Part shown: piece after piece, positions 48,580 through 61,680 of the stretch
How the letters are laid out: each line of letters begins with the position of its first letter
How positions within the stretch are numbered: the first letter of the stretch is position 1
Source of the DNA: Lama glama
Taxonomy: Eukaryota
Length of the DNA: 64,000 nt
Direction: 5' to 3'
NCBI GenBank assembly: GCA_028534125.1
Contig: CM052817.1
Span: 25,174,001-25,238,000, forward strand
Translations under genes and position numbers: made by a program
Notes under the pieces: generated by a model
Told to the model about the DNA's origin: nothing
What the model saw: the letters and a program-made list of their open reading frames with translations, nothing else
Databases searched by the model: none

Positions 48580-49190
48580 TTATCCTTCGGAGTCCTACCA
48601 GGAGCAGAAACCAGATCCCTTCTTTGAAGCTGTTCACAGGTAACTGAAAGATGAAAAGGGAAGTCTTACGGTATCATGCAGGTAGCAGCTGTAGGACGTA
48701 GCTACCACCCCCGGGCTGAGGAAACAAGGGACGGGGTTGCATTATTAAAACTTAGAAATTGAAAGGACAGGCCCTGCGGAACTGCAACTCAGGCCCCTGA
48801 CGAGTGGATGCTACTTGCTTGGCGCTGGTATCTCTGAGCTCAAAGGCATGTAGGACCCAGACTCTAAGAAGCCTGGTGCCAGCCGGTATCTTGGAGGGTG
48901 ACTCTGCAAAGCAGGTTCTAAGCGTATGGGAAACTGCAAACTGGCTTCAGCTACTGCCAAGGGAAGGAACTATCAATGCTGGAATGAAGAAGCGTGGCTG
49001 GGGGGACACTTGGAGGACCAGGAAGCAGGCAGGAAGAAGCAAGTGTCTTCCTCTCTGCCTCGCAGCTACGATGGCAGAAATTAACATGGGGCCAGCTGAC
49101 AGTGCAGAACTGCAGTTTGCGGGAACTTGGCTGCAGCAAAACAAGACAGAGTAGGGAAGGGTGGGCTTCCAATGGAAAGATAATTACTTA
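48580..49190 (-). mobile_element. Old ERVL-type LTR (LTR33/LTR41-like)
   Basis: gagtcctaccaggagcagaaacca...gctaccacccccgggctgaggaaacaaggga parallels the architecture of 1675-2130. Confidence 0.45.
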
Positions 49191-52044
49191 ATAACTGGCC
49201 CAGGAGCTAAGATATGGATATGAGAAAACATCACTATAGGTACTACAGTATAGGTACTACATCGTGTCTCTGATGACTGTACACGTGGTAAATCCCATAG
49301 AACTGAGGAGCCAGTTAATGGTTATGCGCAAGACCCTGTGCACTGAGTGGGAATATCCTTGGGGGCAGGGGCTGTATCCTCTTCATATCCTCCACTATGT
49401 CCTCCAGTCCCATCACCTTCCTGGCAATAAAAAGATGCACATTCATCAGAGGAATAATTCTACTGCGATAAGCCATTATAAGCCTAGATGCATTTTGCTG
49501 ATGGAGTTTTTAGGGCCAGTTCTGAACTCTGGGGGCTGTTCTTATCCTGACTCAACCCCAAATTGTGGAAGATAAAAGGAATTGGTTACTGTTAGTGAGA
49601 GCAGATTATAGTTGTCCTTGCTAAGGGATGACAGAGTTAGGGTCTGCCCTGGGCGATGCTCTTCCTGACCTGGCTACGGGGAGGGAGGACCAGGACAGCC
49701 TCTCTCAGTGCTGTGTTTCTATTCTGAGATGTTTGACCCTGCCCACAACCCCAGAACCATCTTTTTCTCTCTGGTTCCTGTCCCTCCCTTGTGTCTCACC
49801 ATTATTAGCCCCTGGAATGTGTGTTTGCCTAAAGTCATGGGCACACATTCTTGCGTCATCACAGCACGTGCTTAGAGATGTGGAATGGAGGCAGAGTCAA
49901 GAGTGTTGGCCCTGGAGTTCCTTTCTTTAGTAACCACTGTGGGTGATGTATGGATGCCCAGGAGTTCAGCCCAGCAGCTCTGTGTCAAAGTGCTGGATGA
50001 GGACTTTGAGGCCCTCTTTTTACAATGGTCTCATTTTACAGAGACTCAAAGGTGGAGAGTAACCGTCTTCCCCCAACTCTATGGCTAGATGGCCAGTCCC
50101 GAGTTTCTGCACAGTGCCATGGCTCCCTGCTCCTTTTTCCAGCACCCTTTTCAGTTCAATACAAATATTTCAGTAGAACTTGCTTGATGCAAGGCACAGA
50201 GCTTTTGCACATTGTCAGGGTCCCACGTTGAGTTATTTTAAATGTTTTCTTTTGGAAACTATTTGGGCATTCTCGATTAGTTTCATCTTAAAGGTTTTAT
50301 TTTGTAAAACATCACCTAACAGAGCATAATATAGGATAGTATAACATAATAATATTTTGTTCTAAATATAATTATTAAATAATGCACACATATACACATA
50401 TAAACATGTATTAGTAATATAAGAAATAAACATGTGTAATCTAAATCCTTCAGAGCTAGGCTTTCCTAGCTAATATTTCCAAACAGATGGCAATATTAAA
50501 CATAAGCTTATTAAGGTTTTTTCTTTAAGGATTCAACATGCATCAACAATGAATTGATACTTGGTGGAAGTTCTATCAGTAGCCAAGATTTGTTCCACTG
50601 TTTCATTCCATTTAGAGCAGTGATCCTAACAGCCCCATGGCATCTGGCATCAGGACAAGCAGAGGCGACCGGAGGAGAGGAGGTCAGGTCATCGGAAGTC
50701 TCTCAAGGCCTTGAGAACAGCTGGGCAGGATCCCAGTTCCCCCTCACTGCCTGCCCACCCCCCTCAGTCTCTCAGATTGCTCCCCAGCACTCTTCTGACC
50801 TGGCCAAATTTAACTCTTGAGTGGACCTTGCTACTGTCAACATGGAACATTCTATACAGATAAACCACAGTAGTTCATGGAAAAGCTTTGAAAAAACAAG
50901 GCTGAATTAAGAAATCTCTTCCTGTGCTTCTGGAAAGTTTTCTTGAGCTTTTTGCCAGAATTCCTTTCCACCATTCCTGGATGGGTATAGTTGTGGGGTA
51001 ATGTGGGATAATGACACAGTACACTTACCCAGTAAGAGAATTGTTCTGGTTGCCCGAGATGTTTGAATTTGAACCCCAAGTACATATGTAACAAACGCAG
51101 GCGCTCATCTGGTCTGTAAGGCAAGAGGATAAAATTTTAACCCAACATTCATTTTTAAATTTTCTTTTGGGAACCCTGCTGTATGTAAGTCCAGCAGGAA
51201 TAAGATAAAAGAGAGAAAAGGAATTATTCAAAGTTAAATATAAGACCAGATGACAACTGAGAAAAAGAAACACATTTCTCACTCATTCTCTGGTACTCTT
51301 CCCTTCCCATTAGCATTTTGAATGTTGTGTATCCACAAAGACAAATATATCTGTAGCTCACACATTATTTTGTGGTAATGGGAGTATGGGGCAGGGGGAG
51401 AAAGCTAAAATTTTCTCCTGATTGTAACAGTAATAAAATCTTGCTGTATAAATCTAGAAAGTACCAATAAAACAAAATAAAATAAAATAATAGGGGGAGA
51501 AAAACAAACCACCCATCATTTTATCATTTTGGTATTTCTCCTTCTTATACTGACTATACCATTTTATACAGTTTTTTTTTCCTGCACGAACTATTATACA
51601 TATTTGAAAGCTATGTTTAATTCTGTTGTGTGGATGCCTTGTGTGTTTTTCGTATTTGTTCTCATTGTCATCCTTCCTTTTTTTTAAATTTTTAAAAACT
51701 ATTATAAAGAACTCTGAAATGAACATCTTTGTGCATCTAGTTTGTTTCTGTTAGGAAGGATTTCCAGAAGTGAGACTTTTGAATCAAAACATATAAACAT
51801 TTCTTAGGTTCTCTGTCTATTGCAAAATTTCTTTCCCAGCAGGAGATTCAATCTCACGGTTCCTCTTGTAGTGTTTGAAAGTATCAGTTTTAGACATACT
51901 TGGAGGCCTTGAGCATTTTCTCTTTTTGTTTTAAAGAACTGATCTGATACAATCATAATTAAAAAGTACAGGATCACTACTTTTCTTTATGTATACATTT
52001 GATTATTAATAAGGTCAAACATTTTAATTCAATATATATTGGTT

Positions 52045-52135
52045 ATAAAGGCAGGGACCATGTCTACTTTGCTTTTTGCTGAATCCCTAGTGTGGAGAAG
52101 AGTGCCTGACATAGAGAAGGCACCCAATGAATACT
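52045..52135 (+). mobile_element. L2 3' end
   Basis: aggcagggaccatgtctactttg...gctgaatccctagtg...agtgcctgacatagagaaggcacccaatgaata. Confidence 0.75.
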
Positions 52136-53603
52136 TTTTAAAATCAGTTTCTAAATTATAATCTTTGCCCACTTATCCATTCAGAAATAATGTTTTTAAT
52201 AATCAGATATTTAAAAATGATAAAATTCTGTGTTGGGAAGACTAAGATCTTGTAACCCAGTTCTAAAAAGTAGCCTACAAGTTACATTCCCACATAAGTG
52301 TATTGGCTTATGTTTCTGATTTTGGAATATTTGCATAGTCTTGAGGACAGACTCATGGCAAAGAAGTCATTGATATGAATTTGTATCCTGGCTTGACCAA
52401 GAGTTAACTGTGTGATTTTGAATAAGTTCTGTTAAGTTTTTAATGCTTCCTTTGTAAATTAAAGCAAAATAAAATAAAAGTCAACAAATGTGTCTTTTTT
52501 TTTTTAATCATATGGGACCACTGAGAAAATATAGTGAGATAATTACAGGTAATAATTAAAAGTAAAACTTTTGAAATGCAAAATATCATATTCAAATACA
52601 AAACCTGTTCCAGGTCTCACTTTCCTCATTTATAAAAAGGGCGAAGTGCTGGGATTAGCATAATACCTAAGGTATAATAAATGTACAATAAATATTAGTT
52701 GAATAAATTATTTCCAAATTTCTCATTTTGACTCTATGATTAAGAAATGCCCCACAGGTTGAAAAAAAAGTAAGGAATGTGATTATGAAAAGTAAGCCAT
52801 TGCTCAAATATTTGCAGTAAAATCTGATTGCAAAGAATTAACTCAGAATAAAGCTTTCCTTCTGCTCATTACCCCCAAAAGGAAGCTTTAATATGATATA
52901 TAGAAATGTTGATAATATGTACAAAGGAAATAACTCCAAAGGAGGGAAGATAATTCAGATAGTCCTTATTTGCCCAAAATTGGTTAGAGTAGCTAGCAAA
53001 TTAGAAACAATTCAAATTTTCAACAGTAGGAGAATAGCTAAGTACACTAAATTATCTTAACATGATAGACTTCTCCTTAGTCACTGATGACAAATATAAA
53101 CTGTGTCATTATGTGGAAATGCGTATAGGAAGTAATAGCCAGTGAAAAATAGAACACAAAACAATATACACATTCAGGTTACTGTTACATGCAAATGTGT
53201 TGAATGCATATTTTTAAAAGAGAAAAGAATTTGCAATGAAGAAAGCAAATAGTACGTGCTCATCAAGTGTTTTTTTTTCTCCAAATAAAATTGCCCAGTT
53301 GTGTCACTTTTTTAAAGTCAAAAGTTTGCCATGAATTTGCAGGATAGCTCAACAGTCTTATCCTAAATCATGATGGCGATAAAATATCGGCAGTTATATA
53401 ACAAGACAAAGGAGTCTCTCCATGAAAGACGCATCGTCTGTCCAGCCTTGTCCATAGCTTGACATTTCCTTTGACTAAATAATGATTAATAGACTGTATA
53501 AACAGCATGCCAGGTACTTGTATTTGGTTGTGAATGGGGAAATTATTTATAGTTGCCTGAAGCCCGTGTGGCTGTCTGGTATTTCTATGAGATTGTCTTC
53601 ATC

Positions 53604-53700
53604 GAAGAAGAAGAAGAAAGAAGAAGGAGGAGGAGGAGGAGAAGAAGAAGGAGAAGAAGGAGAAGAAGGAGAAGAAGGAGAAGAAGAAGAAGAAAAAAAG
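53604..53700. repeat. Compound (GAA)n/(GGA)n/(GGAGAAGAA)n all-purine repeat
   Basis: Read directly; explains the poly-E, poly-R and poly-L ORFs. Confidence 0.97.
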
Positions 53701-54299
53701 CTTTGTTTTGTAAGAAGAAGGAAAAAGCATTAAAAAGAAAATCTGTGCAGGTGTTTTTGGAGTCAGCTTCTGTAAGGTGAAAGAAAGAAGGGGTGGGATC
53801 TTTGCAGGTAGCCTGAAAGACGGGGAAAATAAGAGACTGAAAATGCAAGACAAATTTCTGAACTTTGTGGGAGGAACCTTCACATAAGCCCACAAAAAGT
53901 TGGCTTTTGACTAAGTTCCCGAAAGAAAAAGTCAGTTTCCTGTTTGCTTGGAGTTATATTTTAATATCTTTTTTGGTCTTAGATAATTTTCAAGAACACA
54001 TGGAAAAAATTTTGGCAATACCTTCGTCCCCAAAGAACTATGCAAATGAAAATGGTACAGAATTCACTTCGATCAATCAAGGACCACACTCTATTTGATA
54101 TCAAAACTATTTCTGGAGATAATTTACAGCCGTGTACTGGTAAAAAGAAAAAAAAATGCTGAGCAGCATTTTACAACGTTTAGGACAGGAAGTAAAAATT
54201 CTTAAGACAATGCAACAGGAGGAAAAGAAAAAAAAAGCATACACACAAATAAGCCAAACTCTGCTATCTAAGATTAAATCTGACCAGGCTAGTAATAGT

Positions 54300-54525
54300 G
54301 GTAGTAGTGGTAGAAATAAGAGCCAAAAATATTTTGAACACATTGGGTCAATAATTGCACTTAATGCTTTACATGCATTATTTTATTTAATCCTGTCAGC
54401 ATTATATGCTTGGGAAAAGAAGGTAAATTGTTTAAAGTCCCCAGCTAGCAGGCACTGGAGCCAAGATATAAACACAAGTCTGTCTGATTTCCAGGAGCTT
54501 AGCTTTTAACCACTAGGATATGTTG
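54300..54525 (-). mobile_element. MIR SINE
   Basis: aatgctttacatgcattattttatttaatcct...ctggagccaagatataaacacaagtctgtctgatttcca. Confidence 0.72.
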
Positions 54526-54794
54526 CCTAACCTTGATGCTATAATAATAGGTTTTGGTCAAACTCAATTGTTTTTTTGCTGCAGAACTCATGTACTCATG
54601 CATTATTATCCATAGATTAGTAAATAGAAAAGTGCTGTGAAATGATGAAATAGTTGTATGATTTTACATACAATAAATGTTGTATTTTATGCCCCCAGTA
54701 GAAATATTCAGAAATATTTGGGGCAGCAATCTTTGTCCGTTCTTAACCCACAAGTAAAGCTAAGCTCTGTGAATTATGCATCATTTCTATTTTC

Positions 54795-55335
54795 TCAGCC
54801 TTCTACAATTGGTAAAACCATTAATAAGTTGATCAAGAATAAAAGAGAAATAATGTAAATTATGACTATCAGGAAGTAAGGAACGAATAGCAGTAGACGG
54901 CCTATAGACATGAAAAGAACAAAAAGGGTATTTTAGACAAAATTTGTAGTACGTTTGACAATTGAGAATAAAAACCTTTCTTGACAGACAACTTTCCCAC
55001 ACTGACACAATAGAAAATAGAAAATCTGAATGTGTTCTGTCTATCAGAGGAGCTGAAATTTACCTTAAGTCTTTTCATAAAGAAAACCCCAGGGCCAGAT
55101 CATTTTGCTGGTGAATTCAATCAAATATTAAGGGATAAATAAAATCAATCTTGGGTAAATGTTTTCCAAAAACTTGTTTTGTGAGCCTAGCATACCTTGA
55201 TACCAAGACCTGATAAAGACATTAGAAATGAAATAAAATTACTGACCAATGTTCTTCATGAGCAGTCTTAACAGAATGTTGACAAAGTTAATTCAGCAGT
55301 ATATAAAAAATAGTAATGCATTGTGACCATGATCA
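54795..55335 (+). mobile_element. Ancient L1 ORF2 internal fragment (start of RT region), degraded
   Basis: aaaccccagggccagatcattttgctggtgaattcaatcaa corresponds to L1 PGPDGFTGEFYQ; agcataccttgataccaagacctgataaagaca to ITLIPKPDKD. Confidence 0.75.
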
Positions 55336-55339
55336 CGTG

Positions 55340-55435
55340 TAATTCTGGGGTCTCTGGAGAAACAGAACCAATAGGATATATTACAGAGATACATAAGAGG
55401 AGATTTACTGTAGGAAATAGCTCCCGTGGTTATGT
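55340..55435 (-). mobile_element. MLT2 (ERVL) LTR fragment
   Basis: gggtctctggagaaacagaaccaataggatata...gagatttactgtaggaaatagctcccgtggttatg. Confidence 0.75.
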
Positions 55436-55439
55436 AGTG

Positions 55440-56187
55440 TTAGCAAAATTTGTTTTCCACCCCCTTCATTTTATCTCTAGAACATACTTTCTTGATAGTG
55501 GATCTCTTATTTTTAGCATCTTTTGCGATCTGGATCGTCTGGGAATTTACCAAATCACCAAGTTCTAATTCTTTTTAGTTTACTTATTAATAGTTTTCCC
55601 CTCAATTTATCTCCTTCCTCTCATGGTTTACTAATAGCATCAAGAAGAAACCCAGTTTTGAACACTGGAATTTGACACAACATTGTAAAATTATTATAAA
55701 TCAATAAAAAATGCTATTAAAAAAAAGAAACCCAGTTTAACTCGTATTTAATACTCTGCTTGGAAAGCTCCTCAGGTGAAATACAGTTTCATCATTTACA
55801 ATTTCTGTTTTCCATATAAACGTCAACAGAATTTCTGCCATATATAACTGACATCCCATTTCCTCCAGTTTCCAATAACGTATTCCTCCAGAGCCATCAT
55901 TAGCAGTGCCTCTAAAGTCCGTCTTTCTGCTAATGATCTGTTTACAACAACTTAGGTATTTCCGAGGCAATTTGTGTTTTCTCTGCCATGGTCCTCACTT
56001 CCTCTGAGCCCTCTCTGGCAGAGCCTTTAACATCCAGATTTCTATTAACAATCTGTTCAAAGTAATCCAGGCTTCCTACCATGCATCTCAAAATTCTTCC
56101 AGCCTCCGTGCAATGCCCACTTCCAAAGCCACTTCCATATTTTGAGGTATTTGTTACAGCAGCAGCCTCACTTCCCAGAACCAAACT
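55440..56187 (-). mobile_element. MaLR internal region (MLT1-int)
   Basis: aaaattcttccagcctc...ttccaaagccacttccatattttgaggtatttgttacagcagc...cacttcccagaaccaaa is the reverse complement of the MLT1-int 5' end. Confidence 0.8.
55659..55724 (+). mobile_element. 66-bp extremely 5'-truncated young L1 tail with 14-bp TSD
   Basis: acactggaatttgacacaacattgtaaaat is identical to the L1 end at ~14136-14165; TSD aagaaacccagttt at 55645-55658 and 55725-55738. Confidence 0.93.
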
Positions 56188-56337
56188 CTGTGTTCATTTT
56201 CCGTGGCTGCGGTAACAAATGACCTCAAATTTAGTGGCTTGACCCAAATGCATCATATTACTGCTCTGTAGGTTTCATGAGCTAAAATTGAGGTGTTGAC
56301 AATCAAGGCTACATTCCTTTCTGGTGGCCCCAGGGGA
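56188..56337 (-). mobile_element. MaLR LTR 3' portion (MLT1C/D/E-like) joined to its internal region
   Basis: tgtgttcattttccgtggctgcggtaacaaatgacctcaaatttagtggctt. Confidence 0.8.
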
Positions 56338-56339
56338 CT

Positions 56340-57095
56340 AAAAGAAATGTCCACAAGAGCAACAACAACTTGTACAAGTAGCTTTATTGAAAATAGACCC
56401 AAACCAGAAACAACCTAAATGTCCACCAATGGAAAAACAGATAAATAAAGTTGATACATTCTTACAAAGAAACACTTCAGCATAACAGAAAGGAAACCAA
56501 CTACTAAACAGGCAACAGTATGGATGGATCTGGAAAGCACTACGCTGAGTATAAAAGCTCTCTATATCTAGTATGTACCATGAAGTTCTGAAACAGACCA
56601 AATGTGAATGAAAAAAAGCCAAATAGTGATTAAATGGGAGTAGGAAAGTAGCAACAGGGATTGACCAGAACGGGACAGGAGGGAATTTTCTGCAGTGAAG
56701 GTAATGTTCTATATTTTGATAACTATTCAGACAGACAGGTACAAGTACTTGTCAAACTTACCAAATGAAATACTTAAATACTTATTTCAATGTACATAAA
56801 CTTTACAAAAAATCCTGTAACGGACTGAAAATAAATATAGAACTCCAGCTATGATATGCATGGTGAAATATTTATAAGAGGGTATACTACCATTTGCAAC
56901 TTACTTTCATTTTCATTAAAAAAATTAACTGGATTGATGGATGGATAGAAGGATGAGTAGATGGATAGTTATGAGCTAAAGCAAATACAGCAAAACACTA
57001 ATTATAGACTCTAGAGAGGGGTAGACAGGTATTTACTGTAAAATTATTTTCAACTTTCTCTGTATATTTGAAAATATTCGTAATAAAATATTGGA
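56340..57095 (+). mobile_element. Old L1MC/ME-type 3' fragment
   Basis: aaaccagaaacaacctaaatgtccaccaat...gtaatgttctatattttgat...tttgcaacttactttca...ttttcaactttctctgtatatttgaaaat. Confidence 0.8.
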
Positions 57096-59954
57096 GGGAA
57101 AAAGGTTACCGTTCTCTGTGGTTGGACCACACTCAAAATGCAAATCTAATCAAGGGCTACAAAGACCTTTCCACATGTAATTGCTGCAGGGTGCAGACTG
57201 CCATGTCTCCCCAGCGCCTCTGCAGCACACATCTATTAAAAACAAACATCAAACAAAAGATTTCTACAAGGTAGTCTAAAGTTAGGGGGGAAAAAATCAC
57301 ACAGCTTTTCAGAAAATGACAGTTGTTCCTGGTAGGACAGATGCTAAACACTTAGCGCCATTAATGTGAAATTATTATTAGTGTTAGCAATATCTGTAGA
57401 AATTTTCTGTAGTTGGAACTCAATAGTTGGATGGCTGGTTCAAAATAAAGCAACTTGTTACCTAAAATGGTAAATCATAAAAAAGTCAGGTCACAACTAA
57501 AGATACAACTTTCAAAAACAGTGCTAACATTTGAAAATTTTAAACACTAATAGTTTTAACACTGTATATTCGTGTGTGTGTGTGTATGCTTTTATCCTTT
57601 AACTTTCTACTGTTTAGAAGTAAGTAAAAAGGTAGCTTCTATAGAAAGATAAGATTTTTAAGCTACTGTAGCAAATTAACTCTTCACAGTGCTGCTAGTA
57701 TTTTTAAAGCTCCTCTAGCACTAAACAGCTCCAGGGTGATTAAAACCATAGGTAACACTTATTCTCACAAATGAAATCATTTTCTACTCACAGAACGAAT
57801 ATGCTTTAGACTAAAAGGTGATTACATTTGCAAAGCACTTTACCAAATGGGAGACATAAATGGTTATTAATTAGAGTAAGCCATTGTTTGACACTTTCTT
57901 TATTCTGATTTCTTTGAGATCTTCAAATGTATTGCTTTCCAATTACGCAATTGATTGGAGGGAGTGAGGTTCAGCTCTCTTCCTGCTGAAACACTCAATG
58001 TGATTCGAAAGGCAGAGGCAGAGACACTATGAACTCATGGGCCACTTTGTCTTTTAGCAAATGCAGGAACAGATGAATACTGTGTGAAACTAATTGTATT
58101 TGAAAGGACCACCCGTTGCAGAATGTTAAGTAGTTTTTTTTTTTTTTTTTTACCCTTTGCTCCCTTTTCTCTCTTCTTCATGATGAGCAAGACCATCAAA
58201 GAGACATCATGGCATCATAATGACTCTCGACAGGTCTGATTCTTGTAAGAAAAATTGCTGGCTGTAGCAACGCTGGTCGTGAGGAGCCTCGTCCTGAATT
58301 CCATACATATAATTTTGCTCTGATTCGAAATAGGACACAAGCCAGGCTGCTCATGGAAGATGGGTGGGATAAAGGAAAAAGATCTGGGAAAGTAGATGGA
58401 AGAATTTAAAACTCAGTGTTCCAAGAGAGAGGGTAAGAAGGTGGAGAAGATGGTCAGCGATGCAGCTTTCCCCGCCCCCTCTGGAGTGCTGAAAATGCTC
58501 CTGTGTCAGTGGCCTTATAGGGGGCCCCTCCCTCTGCTCCCGCAGCCCAGAGGAACCCTAGTCAGTCTCCATTGTACTAGTGATTTATGAGGACAGAAAC
58601 TGCTCAGAACATTAAAATTGGATTTGTGTATCATCAAATAATCAGCCAGCAGTTCCTAGGCAACTTCTTTGTGCAGGGCATTGTGGGGGAATGACAGACA
58701 TGAAGAGGAAATAGAGCCTCTTCCCGGGCGGTTTATGATCTGAGAGCTTGAACAGAGCATATGTGTGATCTGCACCCTGGCAATCTGGGGGCCTGAACAT
58801 CTGACTGCCTGAAAAACCAAGGTACAGACAAATGACTCATCGCAGAAGTGTTAGGACAGAGCAAAACTGAGCTGCTCTGACCCCTAGCCTATTTCACTCT
58901 TCTCATAGAAAACTTTGCTCTATTCATGTAAAACAGAGTATGAAGTATAAATTGGTCCAAAGGGGGAGTCACTGAATAATAAGATACTCGAACCGGGAAA
59001 AACACTAAAACATCACCTAGTCCAGTAATTCTTTTTTAAGTCTATGGAGCTCCCTAGGTTCCTCAGAGGTGGAGGGGAGGGAGGGGAGGTGGGGGTTGGG
59101 GAGTGGGAGGCAGGGAGGAAGACCACCGATGTAAGTTAGATCTATTTGACCTGAGGGTAGAGAGGTTAAGTAACTAACCCAAGGCTATACAGCTAGCACA
59201 TAAATCTGATTTCCAGACTGGCCCACTTTCATATGCACCGTCATACTGATGCTTTAACATCTGTGGCACCCACTATGAGTTACCGTTCCAATAGCCATCC
59301 CCTGCACGGCACTCCCCACCCCTGGTCTTTTCTTCCTTGCCACTAGAACCCTGTATTCGTCAGGTATGGGAAGTCCATTTATTTCAGGAATGGCTGAGTC
59401 CCTCTCTAGCCTGAAAGGTGAGTCTTAGTCAATGTATGGTAATTATGGTATAGAAGATAGTGGGTATCTGTTCTAGGCATGGGTGCCCATCATCTTTTGG
59501 ATAATCTTTCTACATTTAAGGAAAATTGAGACAAGCTATGTTGGTATTGGTATTGAAAACTGGGGCAAGAGTGTTGGCATTATCCATTCTGCCTTGCTCA
59601 TATTCTGACTCCCTGGCAGCTAAGACACGATACAGACTCCACCCATCAGATGCACCTGTGTAAGATGTCAATTCAAAAGCAAGCAATGTGGGGAGTTTTA
59701 ATTTTTGTTGGCTCAGAGGAGTAATTGAAGTGTCTGGCTTTCAGTGGCAGTAGTGTCATAAGTACGTTTCAAAGGCAAGTTTCTGGTGCAGAGGAGGCAG
59801 GAGGCAGGCAGTAGTTTCCTCTGATGTTCAGTGGGGTAGAGCCACTGGGGCTGTCTCCTATCCTGCCAGTTCTGGGGTGTAGTCAGAAGGATTGTTTGTT
59901 GGGAGCTTACCTTTAAGCCTAGTTCTCAGGCTCTCCCCAAAATACTGTGAGCAT

Positions 59955-60665
59955 TTGTTTAACTTTTTATAATGTAGTATAGAAGTGTTGAAAGCTAGCT
60001 GAAAGTAGAGGGCGTCATATGAAATCCTGTGTATGCATTCCCATCACTGAAAATTATCAACAGCTTTGTCAGTCTTGTCTTACCTGCCCCCTTCCACCAC
60101 TTCTTTCCCCTGGAGTATTTTAAAGCAAATGCCAGGCATCAGTCATATCATTTTACTCATAAATACTTCGCCATGTCATTATTACCCACCAGAATTAATA
60201 GCATCTGATGTCCTTAATATCCTCTGACATCCAGTTCATAGTTGAACTTCCCTAGTTGTCTCAAATATGTCTTTTATGGTTGGCTTGCTTAAATCAGGAT
60301 CCAAAAGTGTTCACATCATTGCATTTGACTGTCATGTCTCTTAAATCTCTTTTATTCTAACAGTCTCCCTCCCTCCGTGTTTTTTCATGTCATTGGTTTG
60401 CTGGAAAAACTGGCTCATTTGCCTCATATGATGTCCTATATCCTGGATTTAGTTGTTTTTCTCCTTGTGTTGCTGTTTAGCTAGTTCCTCTATCCCCAGT
60501 ATTTCCTTTAAACTGGTAGTTGAATCTGGAAACTTGATAAGATTCACTTGCCATTTCATGGTTTTGCAAGGATACTTCTCAAGCTGTGCTGGGTCCTTGT
60601 ATCACATCTTATCAGGAGATGCACACTGGCTGGTCCTCCGTTCAATGATGCTAAGATTATTGCTG
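59955..60665 (-). mobile_element. Old L1MC/ME-type 3' UTR fragment
   Basis: ggagtattttaaagcaaat...aaatcaggatccaaaa...cattgcatttgactgtcatgtctcttaaatctctttt; similar to 29620-30990. Confidence 0.7.
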
Positions 60666-60759
60666 ACCTACACCCAATATCTTTTTAAAAAATTCCTTTC
60701 CTTCTTTATCATCTAGAATCAACTACTAAGGTCCACAATGGAGCATTCTAACTGATTTA

Positions 60760-61120
60760 TGTGGTAATTTTTTCCTGGGAAGAGGCCTAGGTATATTCTG
60801 GCCACTGAGATGTGATGGAAGGTTTGTAAGGAAACACTTATGAGTAAGCATCTTTTGCTCTGAGTGTGGGCCCAAAGAGAGGATATTCTTTCTTTCAATG
60901 TTTGGAAATTATGGTATGAGGACATGATGTTTGAGGTTGCTAGAGCCATTATGCAGCCATGAAGGGACAATCTGAAGACAAAAGCCAAACCACAGAGGAT
61001 GGCAGAGACAGGATAGAAAGAACTGTAGGCACTTAGTGATGTCATTAAGCATCTATCATACTTAAACCAGGAACTGTACTTCTTCCAAACTTCTTACATG
61101 AGATAATACATTGCCCTATT
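60760..61120 (+). mobile_element. Old MaLR LTR fragment (MLT1J/K-like)
   Basis: gagccattatgcagccatgaaggga...cacagaggatggcagagacaggatagaaagaact...gatgtcattaagc...acttcttacatgagataata. Confidence 0.65.
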
Positions 61121-61680
61121 TCAAAATTTCTTGCTTGTTTTTATGACATGACACATGTAGAAAATGATTGTGTTTGTATAGCACTCTGGAACAGGAACTC
61201 TTTGAGGGCTTGTATTATACGGAAAATATGGCTACAAAAAATAAAATACAGTGAGTGGGGAATATATTGGACACAGAATTTATATAGAATTTCCAAATAA
61301 CAATATTCCAAAAATTTTATGAGGCACTCGAGCTTTCTTTTGTGAACACAACGTCTATTTTAATCAGAGGTTAATGCTTGGAATGGTGACATGAAATTAC
61401 TGATAAAAATCTGTAATAATGACATCTTCAAATACTTGAATGTGGCCGTCAACAAGAAACTGCAAAAGTAGTTTAAAAAATTTGAACCATTAAGAAACTA
61501 TTTAAAAATACAATAGTCGAAATTGTATTTGACAAGCTCAACAGCTCATTTTTCTGTCATTGACAATTTAGTGCTGAAATGTCTTGAATTAATGCAATGG
61601 ACTTCTCATCTACTTAAAAAATTTCATGCAAAGTATTTCAAAATAATGCAAAGTTCTAATTTATGGGTACACTTGTAAAG
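61120..61680 (-). mobile_element. Degraded hAT-Charlie-type transposon, transposase C-terminal remnant
   Basis: Minus strand reads ttgtgttcacaaaagaaagctcgagtgcctcat (LCSQKKARVPH), resembling Charlie/Buster transposase C-termini; AT-rich; no intact ORF. Confidence 0.4.

Noticed and set aside
50453..50470. Short hairpin agctagg-cttt-cctagct (similar at ~46208-46228)
   Set aside because: 7-bp stems are expected by chance in 64 kb; no supporting context.
53482..53895. Poly-E, poly-R, poly-L and poly-F/S ORFs
   Set aside because: All are translations of the GAA/GGA repeat.
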